Program-made: the position numbers and the translations under genes
The notes under the pieces: model-generated
Told to the model about the DNA's origin: nothing
Databases searched by the model: none
Seen by the model: only the letters and a program-made list of their open reading frames with translations
Assembly: GCA_040755995.1 (NCBI GenBank)
Contig: JBFMAF010000037.1
Location: 128,001-192,000 of the forward strand
Source of the DNA: Acidobacteriota bacterium
GTDB taxonomy: Bacteria > Acidobacteriota > CAIWXX01
Direction of reading: 5' to 3'
Length of the DNA stretch: 64,000 bases
In this document: positions 46,753 through 55,384 of the stretch, one piece after another
Layout of the letters: each line of letters begins with the position of its first letter
How positions within the stretch are numbered: the first letter of the stretch is position 1

Positions 46753-49056
46753 CTAGGCCAGGCCGACCTGGCGCAGGAGCGCTTCGAACCGGGGAGACGC
46801 GCGCAGCGGATCGAGAGATGGCTCGACCTTCATGAAGACAAGCCTGTACGATCGCTCCTCGGCCGCCTTCTCCAGCCACCCCAGAGCCTCCTCGGGCTCT
46901 CCCAGGCCCAGGTGGATCGCCGCGAACTCGCAACCCGAGACGCAGTGTTCGCCAGCGAGCTCGTGGAGATCCTTGAGACACTGCCTGGCCTCCTCACGTT
47001 TGCCCGCGAGACCCAATGCGCGACCGAGCGGCGCCACGATCTCGGCGCTGCCGCTGGCGCAGGTGAGCGCCCGGCGATAGTGCGTGATCGCCACGTCCAG
47101 ACTGGCCAACTGTTCGAATGACTCCCCCAGACCACGGTGTGCCTCGGCGAATTCCGGGTCCATCTCCAAGGACTTCTCGAATTGGCGGATGGCCTGCTGG
47201 TAGTCGCGGGCGTAGAAGTGGCAGAAGCCGATGTTGGTCGAGATCGGAAGCGACAACGGATCGATCTCCAATGCGCGCCGCATCGAAGCCAGGGCCTCGT
47301 CCGTCCGTTGCCGGCAGACCAGAAACCATCCGTACCAATGGTGGCCGGTTGCATAGCCTGGGTTCTGAGCGATTCCCAGGCGGTACTCCGCCTCGGCGGA
47401 TTCCCAATCCCAGGCAAACATCTGCTGGGTGAAGGCGAGCGAGATATGCGCCTCGGCGCAATCCGGCCGGAGCTCGAGTGCCTGGGCGGCCGACGCGCGG
47501 GCCTTGGGGAAGGCGTCCCCTGGAGCCAACACGCAGTAGCTCCCGAGGTTGTTGTATGCATCCGCAAGGCCGACGTAGGCCAGAGCGAAGCCGGGGTCTC
47601 TCTCGACGGCTTGGCGGAAGTAGGTGACGGCCTTCGTGAGGCCCTCTGCCGTTCGCTTGTTCCAGAAGTAGCGTCCCTTGAGGTACAGCCGAAACGCCTC
47701 GGGATCACTCGTCTGCTGTTCGGTCAGCCGTTCTTTCTGCTCTCCGCTGAGCCGCACACGGAGCTTGTCCGATATCTGCTGCGCGATCTCTTCCTGCAAG
47801 GCGAAGATGTCATCCAGCTTCCGGCGATACTGGTCGCCCCAAATCTGCCTTTCGGTGGGGATCTCGAGCAGCTCCGCCTGGACGTTCAGCGAATCGCCCC
47901 GATGAAGCACGCGCCCCGTCAGCACGAGCCGAACGTTCAGATCCCGGCCGATCTGCAACGGATCCACGTCCCTTCCCTTGTATCGGAACACGGTGTGGCG
48001 AGGAATCACGCGCAACGACGGAAGCCGCGAGAGGCTGTTGATGAGCTGCTCGGTGATTCCATCGGACAGGTACTCGGTTCCAGTATCCAGGCCCGAGTTG
48101 GCGAGCGGCACCACGGCAATCGAGTCCATGTGAAGTCCGGGTCTCGGTGTCACCTTGACGTCCTCGGGCGCCGCGACCTTGGGCGACGGCCACGGCGTCC
48201 ACGCTGCCACACCGCTCATCAGAGCGCGCAGGCTCGAGGCGACGTCCCGTCCTGTCTGGTACCGCTCCTCCGGATCCTTGGCCAAACACCGGCGGATGAT
48301 CGACTGCAAGTCGTCGCTCAGTCCTGGCCCGTCGATAGCCGGCTCTCTCTGGATAATCGCCGCCATGGTCTCGACCGGTGAGGGGGCCTCGAATGCGCGC
48401 CGCCCGGTGCCCATCTCGAAGAGGATGCAGCCGAGCGCGAAGACGTCGCTGCGCGCATCCGCGAGTTTGCCCTGTGCCTGCTCGGGAGACATGTAGCCTA
48501 CTGTTCCCAGCACCGCACCAGGTTGCGTCGATCTCGCGCCATCTGCCAGCGTGTCCTCCAGGTGCGTCGGGAAGGGATCGAGGAGCTTGGCCAGACCGAA
48601 GTCCAGGATCTTCACGAGACCCTCGCCCGTGATCATGACGTTCTCCGGCTTGACGTCCCGGTGCACGATCCCGCGCGCGTGCGCGGCGCCAAGGCCTTCG
48701 GCGACCTGCACGCCGACCTCCAGCAGCTGTCTCCGTCCGAGCGGCCCACCGCGCAGCAGACTGCGCAGCGTCTGCCCCGCCACGAACTCCATTGCAATGT
48801 ATGGTTCCTCGTCCTGCTGGCCTATGTCGTAGATGGTGATGATGTTGGGGTGGTTCAGAGCCGAAGCCGCACGCGCCTCTTGCGCGAAACGCACCGCCAG
48901 TGAGGGATCCGATGTCAGGTTCTTCGGAAGTACCTTCAGCGCAACATCCCGCCCCAAACGGCTGTCGAGCGCGCGGAAGACCTCGCCCATCCCGCCGCCG
49001 CCTAGGCACTCCGTGATCTCGTAGTGCGCAACGCGGCCGCCAGGCGTCGTTCTCAT
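46753..49056 (-). CDS. Ser/Thr protein kinase with TolB_N-like and TPR domains; start may be 49134
   Basis: GGGGMGEV, VALK, HRDVKPEN, DFGLAK, YMSPEQ, SIAVVPL, YLSDGITE, TPRs. Confidence 0.92.
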   Translation of the reverse strand: MRTTPGGRVAHYEITECLGGGGMGEVFRALDSRLGRDVALKVLPKNLTSDPSLAVRFAQEARAASALNHPNIITIYDIGQQDEEPYIAMEFVAGQTLRSLLRGGPLGRRQLLEVGVQVAEGLGAAHARGIVHRDVKPENVMITGEGLVKILDFGLAKLLDPFPTHLEDTLADGARSTQPGAVLGTVGYMSPEQAQGKLADARSDVFALGCILFEMGTGRRAFEAPSPVETMAAIIQREPAIDGPGLSDDLQSIIRRCLAKDPEERYQTGRDVASSLRALMSGVAAWTPWPSPKVAAPEDVKVTPRPGLHMDSIAVVPLANSGLDTGTEYLSDGITEQLINSLSRLPSLRVIPRHTVFRYKGRDVDPLQIGRDLNVRLVLTGRVLHRGDSLNVQAELLEIPTERQIWGDQYRRKLDDIFALQEEIAQQISDKLRVRLSGEQKERLTEQQTSDPEAFRLYLKGRYFWNKRTAEGLTKAVTYFRQAVERDPGFALAYVGLADAYNNLGSYCVLAPGDAFPKARASAAQALELRPDCAEAHISLAFTQQMFAWDWESAEAEYRLGIAQNPGYATGHHWYGWFLVCRQRTDEALASMRRALEIDPLSLPISTNIGFCHFYARDYQQAIRQFEKSLEMDPEFAEAHRGLGESFEQLASLDVAITHYRRALTCASGSAEIVAPLGRALGLAGKREEARQCLKDLHELAGEHCVSGCEFAAIHLGLGEPEEALGWLEKAAEERSYRLVFMKVEPSLDPLRASPRFEALLRQVGLA

Positions 49057-49153
49057 CGGGCCACTCTCATGTGCCCGCACGATTCGCAGCGAAGCGCAGG
49101 TCGACGCGATCCTTCGGACGAAGGGCGAGGGCATGGCCGAGCATGGTGTCTAC

Positions 49154-49182
49154 AATCTAGGGACGCTGCATTCAGATGTCAA
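49154..49182 (-). promoter_or_regulatory. sigma70 promoter of the kinase gene
   Basis: TTGACA (49182-49177), 17 nt spacer, TAGATT. Confidence 0.65.
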
Positions 49183-49316
49183 GCTCTGGAGGCTGCTCGG
49201 CTCGATTTCGAATCGCGCGTCACAAGGCCGCCCGCGCCGGAACAATGCGCGCAGGCGGCGCGTATGTGCTATGGTGAACGGCGCCGGGAACGGCGAGCGT
49301 CAGGGGGAGTCATATC

Positions 49317-50201
49317 ATGGAGCTCATCATTGATCGTCTGTCCAAGACCTACCCGAATGGTGTCCGCGCGCTGGCGGATGTCTCGCTGAGGATTCCTACC
49401 GGCATGTTCGGACTTCTCGGCCCGAACGGCGCCGGCAAGTCCACACTCATGCGGACAATCGCCACGCTGCAGGAGCCGGACACGGGCAGCGTCCGTCTCA
49501 ACGGATTGGATGTGTTGAAGCAGAAGGACGAGGTTCGCAGGATTCTCGGGTACCTGCCCCAGGAGTTCGGGGTCTACCCGAAGGTCTCGGCCGAAGCGCT
49601 GCTTGATCACTTCGCGGTCCTCAAGGGGATCCAGAACGCGAAGGAACGGAAGGAGACCGTGAAGGCGCTCCTGCACCGCACGAATCTCCACGGCGTGAGA
49701 AAGCAGAAGCTCGGCAGCTTCTCCGGCGGCATGAAGCAGCGGTTCGGCATCGCGCAGGCCCTGTTGGGCAATCCCAAGCTCATCATCGTTGACGAGCCCA
49801 CGGCGGGGTTGGATCCGGGCGAACGCAGGCGATTCCACAACCTCCTGAGCGAGATCGGCGAGAACATCGTGGTCATCCTTTCGACGCACATCGTCGACGA
49901 CGTGAGCGACCTCTGCGCACAGATGGCCATCATCTCGAACGGCCGAGTGCTTCTCACGGGAGAGCCCCTGCAAGCCATCCAGGACCTGCGGGGCAAGATT
50001 TGGAAGAAGACCATCCTGAAGGCCGAGCTCGACGAGTACCATCGAACCTTCACCGTGATATCCACTCGACTGGTGTCGGGCAAGACCGAGGTGCACGTGT
50101 TCTCTGAGGGGCAGCCGGCGAGTGGATTCGAACCGGTCGACTCGAGCCTCGAGGACGTCTACTTCACGACCCTCAAGCAGCACGGCGCAAGGGCCGTGTA
50201 G
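49317..50201 (+). CDS. ABC transporter ATP-binding protein
   Basis: GPNGAGKST, FSGGMKQR, IVDEPTAGLD, STH. Confidence 0.93.
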   Translation: MELIIDRLSKTYPNGVRALADVSLRIPTGMFGLLGPNGAGKSTLMRTIATLQEPDTGSVRLNGLDVLKQKDEVRRILGYLPQEFGVYPKVSAEALLDHFAVLKGIQNAKERKETVKALLHRTNLHGVRKQKLGSFSGGMKQRFGIAQALLGNPKLIIVDEPTAGLDPGERRRFHNLLSEIGENIVVILSTHIVDDVSDLCAQMAIISNGRVLLTGEPLQAIQDLRGKIWKKTILKAELDEYHRTFTVISTRLVSGKTEVHVFSEGQPASGFEPVDSSLEDVYFTTLKQHGARAV

Positions 50202-50225
50202 AGGCGGAGCCGGGGAGCGCAGATC

Positions 50226-53200
50226 ATGTTCAAGGAGATCTACACATTCGAGTTTCGCTACCAGCTCCGGCAGCCTCTCTTCGCCATCTGCTTCGTGCTC
50301 TTCTTTCTGCTCACGTTCGGGGCCGTCACCTCCGATGCCGTGATCATCGGCGACCCGGTCGGTAACCTGAACCGCAACGCATCCCTGATCATCATGCAGT
50401 TCATGCTCATCATGAGCATGATCGGCGTGTTCGTGGCCACCGCGTTCGTCTCGAACTCGGTCTACCGCGACTTCGAGTACAACACGGACTCGCTCTTCTT
50501 CACCACCCCGATCACCAGGTTCGACTTCCTCGGGGGCCGGTTCCTCGGCTCGCTCACGCTCGCGTTTCTCGTCTTCCTCGGCGTGGCCTCGGCCATCATG
50601 ATCGGAAGCTTCATGCCGTGGCTGGAAGCCGAACGGATCGGGCCTTTCATGTTCGGACCCTACCTGTTCTCGATGTTCGTGCTGGTGCTTCCGAACATCT
50701 TCCTGACCGGCGCGATCTTCTTCTCGATCGCGACGCTCACGCGAAGCATGTTGTATACCTACGCAGGTGTCGTCGCCTTCTTCGTCTGCTACGGCGTCGC
50801 CGCCTCAGCCCTCGGCGACCTGCAGAACGAGTTTCTGCTGAGTCTGCTCGACCCATTCGGGTTGGTGACCTTCGGCCTCATGACCAAGTACTGGACAATC
50901 GTCGAGAAGAACACGGCGATCATCCCCTTGCAGGGTGCGCTGCTTTATAACCGGCTCATCTGGGTGGGACTCGGGGCTGCAGTGCTGCTCTTCACCTACA
51001 GCAGGTTCCGATTCACGGCGGCTGCCACATCGGTCAAGCGTGCCGCCCGGAAGGGCTTCGACGAGCTGGCAACGGCGGAACGGCCTGCGGCGGGCCTGGC
51101 ACAGCTCGTCGCATCGCAGGCGTTTTCTCGTCTGGCAAGCCTGCGCCAGTACCTCTACCAGACGCGTATCGAGTTTCTCGGTATCGTCAAAGGCATCCCG
51201 TTTCTCATCCTCCTCTTCTTGGGCGTCCTCAACCTCTCCGCATCCAGCGGCGTGCTGGAACGCCTGTACGGCACGCATGTGTACCCGTTGACTCATCTGA
51301 TGATTGAGCACATCCAGGGCAGCTACCTGCTGTTCGTTCTGATCATCATGACGTTCTACGGCGGCGAGCTCGTCTGGCGCGAGCGTTCGCTCAAGCTCAG
51401 CGAAGTGACCGATGCCATGCCTGTCCCGTCGGTGGCCGTGTGGGCATCCAAGCTGACGGCGTTGATTCTTTCGATGGTGGTGGTACTGCTCGCGGGCATG
51501 CTGACGACAATCGGCTTCCAGGTCTACAAGGGATTTCATCAGTTTGAGCTTGGGCTGTACTTCAAAGGGCTGTTCCTGGATATCGGCATCCCGTTTCTTC
51601 TGATCGCCATTCTTGCGTTCTTTCTGCAGGTAGTGGCCAACAACAAGTACCTCGGCTTCCTGCTCATGGTGCTGTACTTCCTCAGCCTGTTCGTTCTTCC
51701 GGCGCTCCACCTGGAACACCGTCTCTACCGGTACGCCACGGTGCCCGAGTCGCCTTACTCCGACATGAATGGGTACGGCCACTTCGTTGCGCCGATGCTC
51801 TGGTTCAACCTGTACTGGACCTTTTTCGCTGCGGCTCTGCTGGTGGTAGTGCACGTGTTCTGGGTCAGGGGAACCCAGACGTCGCTGAAAGAACGACTGT
51901 GCGCGGCGAGGACGAGATGGGGTAGAGCGCCGAAACTGGCGGCCGCGTGCGCCCTCGTCGCCTTCGCCTGCACGGGCGCATACATCTTTTACAACACGAA
52001 TATCCTCAACACGTACCGCACATCGGCGGAGGACGAGGAGCGTTCGGCGGAGTTCGAGAAGAAATACAAGCGGTACGAGCCGGTCGCGCAGCCGCGCGTG
52101 ACGGGCGTGCGGGCGGATGTGGATATCTACCCGGTGGAGCGCCGGGTCGAGATTCGGGGCACGTACGAACTGGTCAACAAGACGGCGGCTCCGATCCGCG
52201 ACGTGCATGTGGTGCTCAGCCCCGATGTGCGAATCGCCCGACTAGGCATCCAGGGATCGCGAGAGAAGATGCAGGATGCAGATCTGGGATACCACATCTT
52301 CGAGCTCGCGCCGGCGCTGCAGCCCGCTCGGAGCTGCCGGCTCGACTTCGACCTGTCCGTCGGGAGCCCTGGTTTCGTGAGCGGGCAATCGAACACCAAC
52401 GTGGTTCACAACGGCACCTTCTTCAACTCGTTCGACTACTTCCCGCACCTCGGGTATACGCGGCACGCGGAACTGCAGGACCCGAACAAGCGGAAGAAGT
52501 ATGGTCTGCCCGCGGTGCAGCGCATGGCCAAGGTGGACGACGTGGCCGCTCGCGGCAACAACTACATCTCAAACGAGGCGGACTGGATCACGTTCGAGAC
52601 CACGGTCAGCACGAGTCCAGATCAGATCGCCATCGCGCCGGGCTACTTGCAACGCGAGTGGGTGGAGAACGGGCGGCGCTATTTCCACTACAAGATGGAC
52701 TCGCCGATTCTCGACTTCTTCTCCTACCTCTCCGCCGAGTACGAGGTCAAGCGAGACCGCTGGAATGATGTCGCAATCGAGGTGTACTACCATCAGCCGC
52801 ACGCGTACAACGTCGACCGAATGATTGACTCGGTCAAGAAGTCGCTCGACTATTTCACGGCCAACTTCAGTCCATACCAGCACAGGCAGGTGCGCATCGT
52901 GGAGTTTCCGCGGTACGCCCGGTTCGCACAATCGTTCCCGAACACCATTCCCTACTCCGAGAGCATCGGGTTCATCACGGACCTGCGCGACCCGGAGGCG
53001 ATCGACTACGTCTTCTACGTGACCGCCCACGAGGTGGCGCACCAGTGGTGGGCGCACCAGGTGATCGGCGGAAACGTCCAGGGGGCCACGCTGATGTCCG
53101 AATCGCTGGCGCAGTACGCGGCGCTGATGGTGATGGAGAAGGAGTACGGCGCGGACAGGATGCGTAAGTTCCTCAAGTACGAGCTGGACCGGTATCTGAA

Positions 53201-53819
53201 GGGACGCGGCCGGGAGCTCATCGAGGAGCTGCCGCTGTATCTCGTGGAAAACCAGCCATACATTCACTACAACAAGGGCAGCCTCACGATGTACGCGCTC
53301 CGCGACTACGCCGGCGAGCAGGCGCTGAACGGAGCGCTCGCCGGCTACGTACGGGCCGCCGCTTTCCAGCAGCCGCCATACACGAACTCGATCGAGTTCC
53401 TGAGCTTCATCAGGCCGGTGGTGCCGGATAGACTGGCGGCGATCGTGCGGGACATGTTCGAAACGATGACACTCTTCGACAATCGCGCAGCCGAAGTGGC
53501 CGTGCACAGGCGGGGAGACGGGACGTACCGCGTCGCGCTGACGGTCAGCGCTCGCAAGTTCCGCGCGGACGGCAAGGGCAAGGAGACCGAGATCCCGATC
53601 AACGACTGGGTCGATATAGCCGTGCTGGGCGAGAAGGAAGTCGGCGATAGGAAAGAGGAATTCCCGCTCTACATCGAGAAGAAGCTCATCACCCAGCCGA
53701 GCAGCACGTTCGAGATCATCGTCGACCAGCCGCCCGCCAAGGCCGGCATCGACCCGTACAACAAGCTCATCGACCGCAACGGCGACGACAACGTGAAGGA
53801 GGCGCACGGAGCCGGATGA
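50226..53819 (+). CDS. ABC-2 permease fused to an M1 aminopeptidase domain
   Basis: Two blocks of multiple TMs, then FAQSFPNTIP, HEVAHQWW...SESLAQY, HYNKGS. Confidence 0.9.
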   Translation: MFKEIYTFEFRYQLRQPLFAICFVLFFLLTFGAVTSDAVIIGDPVGNLNRNASLIIMQFMLIMSMIGVFVATAFVSNSVYRDFEYNTDSLFFTTPITRFDFLGGRFLGSLTLAFLVFLGVASAIMIGSFMPWLEAERIGPFMFGPYLFSMFVLVLPNIFLTGAIFFSIATLTRSMLYTYAGVVAFFVCYGVAASALGDLQNEFLLSLLDPFGLVTFGLMTKYWTIVEKNTAIIPLQGALLYNRLIWVGLGAAVLLFTYSRFRFTAAATSVKRAARKGFDELATAERPAAGLAQLVASQAFSRLASLRQYLYQTRIEFLGIVKGIPFLILLFLGVLNLSASSGVLERLYGTHVYPLTHLMIEHIQGSYLLFVLIIMTFYGGELVWRERSLKLSEVTDAMPVPSVAVWASKLTALILSMVVVLLAGMLTTIGFQVYKGFHQFELGLYFKGLFLDIGIPFLLIAILAFFLQVVANNKYLGFLLMVLYFLSLFVLPALHLEHRLYRYATVPESPYSDMNGYGHFVAPMLWFNLYWTFFAAALLVVVHVFWVRGTQTSLKERLCAARTRWGRAPKLAAACALVAFACTGAYIFYNTNILNTYRTSAEDEERSAEFEKKYKRYEPVAQPRVTGVRADVDIYPVERRVEIRGTYELVNKTAAPIRDVHVVLSPDVRIARLGIQGSREKMQDADLGYHIFELAPALQPARSCRLDFDLSVGSPGFVSGQSNTNVVHNGTFFNSFDYFPHLGYTRHAELQDPNKRKKYGLPAVQRMAKVDDVAARGNNYISNEADWITFETTVSTSPDQIAIAPGYLQREWVENGRRYFHYKMDSPILDFFSYLSAEYEVKRDRWNDVAIEVYYHQPHAYNVDRMIDSVKKSLDYFTANFSPYQHRQVRIVEFPRYARFAQSFPNTIPYSESIGFITDLRDPEAIDYVFYVTAHEVAHQWWAHQVIGGNVQGATLMSESLAQYAALMVMEKEYGADRMRKFLKYELDRYLKGRGRELIEELPLYLVENQPYIHYNKGSLTMYALRDYAGEQALNGALAGYVRAAAFQQPPYTNSIEFLSFIRPVVPDRLAAIVRDMFETMTLFDNRAAEVAVHRRGDGTYRVALTVSARKFRADGKGKETEIPINDWVDIAVLGEKEVGDRKEEFPLYIEKKLITQPSSTFEIIVDQPPAKAGIDPYNKLIDRNGDDNVKEAHGAG

Positions 53820-53926
53820 GGTCGGTACAGGGAACCGGTCCCAACCGGGCTGGCCGCCGGCCGGATCGCGTCTCCATGCTCACGCAAGCGGCACGCCCGG
53901 CGACGGACTTGGGAGCCTTCGATCCC

Positions 53927-53964
53927 TTGCATATCATCCATACCGCTGCTATACATATGATATG
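53927..53964 (+). promoter_or_regulatory. vapBC promoter with an overlapping inverted-repeat operator
   Basis: TTGCAT, 17 nt spacer, TATACA with TGn; CATATCAT (53930-37) / ATGATATG (53957-64). Confidence 0.6.
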
Positions 53965-54216
53965 GCACACAGAACAACGCTGTTGATGGATGAAGAAACG
54001 CGACGGGCCGCCCGTGAGCTTGCGCTTCGATACGGCTGTTCGACCTCGGAGGCCATCCGGCGAGCAGTGCTAGGCCAGCGGGATACCGTGTTCGGGGTTC
54101 CCTCAGAGATGCGAGAGCAGCGCAAGGGGGCGCTCGAGCGGCTCTTCCGGCTGTTTCGGGGAAACGATGCGAAGAGAGAGGTTGCCAGGCTCAAGTCTCA
54201 GGATTTGGGATTCTGA
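53962..54216 (+). CDS. vapB: Ribbon-helix-helix antitoxin
   Basis: RTTLLMDEE...SEAIRRAV; upstream of a PIN-domain gene. Confidence 0.75.
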   Translation: MAHRTTLLMDEETRRAARELALRYGCSTSEAIRRAVLGQRDTVFGVPSEMREQRKGALERLFRLFRGNDAKREVARLKSQDLGF

Positions 54217-54218
54217 TC

Positions 54219-54605
54219 GTGCGCTATCATCTGGACACAGACTTCCTGATCTACGCGCTTTCACAATCCGGGCCTGAACGAAAGCGGTTGGCGCAGGTTG
54301 TCAGCTCCGAGGCCGAGATTCAAATCAGCGCGATTGCCTGGTATGAATTCGCCAGGGGACCACGAACGCCGGAGCAGCTCGCGGTTGCGCGGGATCTGTT
54401 CGGGGAGCACGGGGTCGTACCGTTCTCGGAGGAGCTGGCGATGGCGTCGGCGGAGACGTTTCGTAGCCTGGGTTCGCCACGGAAACGGGCAGCGGACGTC
54501 GGCATCGGCGTCACCGCGGGCGCGATGGGTGCTACATTGTTGACACGATACGCAGACGACTTCGCGGGTATTCCTCGAGTGAAGGTGGAAGGGGTCGCCG
54601 AATGA
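54219..54605 (+). CDS. vapC: PIN-domain toxin
   Basis: LDTDFLI, SAIAWYEF, AADVGIG, LLTR..DDF acidic residues. Confidence 0.85.
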   Translation: MRYHLDTDFLIYALSQSGPERKRLAQVVSSEAEIQISAIAWYEFARGPRTPEQLAVARDLFGEHGVVPFSEELAMASAETFRSLGSPRKRAADVGIGVTAGAMGATLLTRYADDFAGIPRVKVEGVAE

Positions 54606-54622
54606 GGCCGATGTAGCGCTGT

Positions 54623-55033
54623 CTATCTCGCGCGCGACTTGAAGACCACGATCGCGTGAAGCGCTGCTCCCAGCCCGAGCACGGCGAGCCACAGAGGCTG
54701 GACCCCCCAGAGTAGATCGTCGACAGCGCGAGCCAGCCAGAACACGAGCATCCCGGCGGCGAACGCTCGGCCGAGGCGCGTGGCGCGGATCTCGTCCCCG
54801 TGGCGCAGATAGAGATAGCCGGCGAGGCACAGGAGTACTCCCATCTGGACGTTGAAGACGTCAAGCAGGGCCGAGAGCCCCTGTGGCAGCGCGCCCCAGA
54901 ACGCCTCGTGCCGCCAGATGTACACGAATGCGAAATGCACGAGCCCGAAGAACAGGTTGTAGACACCGCAGATGCGGAGCCACAGCCGTGCTGGGCGCCT
55001 GCCATCCTGTTGGGTCGCGTTCGTCTGGGCCAT
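54623..55033 (-). CDS. Small membrane protein (about 4 TMs)
   Basis: GAGGAGG RBS; upstream TTGACC-17-TATCCT (55095-55067); FGLVHFAF...FWLARA. Confidence 0.7.
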   Translation of the reverse strand: MAQTNATQQDGRRPARLWLRICGVYNLFFGLVHFAFVYIWRHEAFWGALPQGLSALLDVFNVQMGVLLCLAGYLYLRHGDEIRATRLGRAFAAGMLVFWLARAVDDLLWGVQPLWLAVLGLGAALHAIVVFKSRAR

Positions 55034-55319
55034 CTTGAGGCCCTCCTCGCGGCACATATCCGGGGCAGGATAGTCGGCGGAAGGCCGCCGGTCAAGCTGG
55101 CATGAGTGCCGAGACGACCGCAGCGTGGCGGTCAGGTGAGAACAGCGGTACTCGAACGGCCGGTGCCCGAAGTACACACCGCTTTCTCCTTGCAGCTCAT
55201 GCGATTGCGTGAATTCGCTGCCTGCTGTCTATCAGGCGCGTGAACGCGCGTACACGGCGAGCAGCCCCGGCCATCACGCGATGTCCGCGGAATCGGCCTG
55301 CGTCATGATCTGAAGGCGC

Positions 55320-55335
55320 TGGCACGCCGCTTGCA
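55320..55335 (+). promoter_or_regulatory. sigma54 -24/-12 promoter
   Basis: TGGCACGCCGCTTGCA, a consensus match. Confidence 0.8.
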
Positions 55336-55384
55336 AAGTGCTGTTCATGAGAGTTGTGACTACGGTCATAAAAGGAGATTCATA

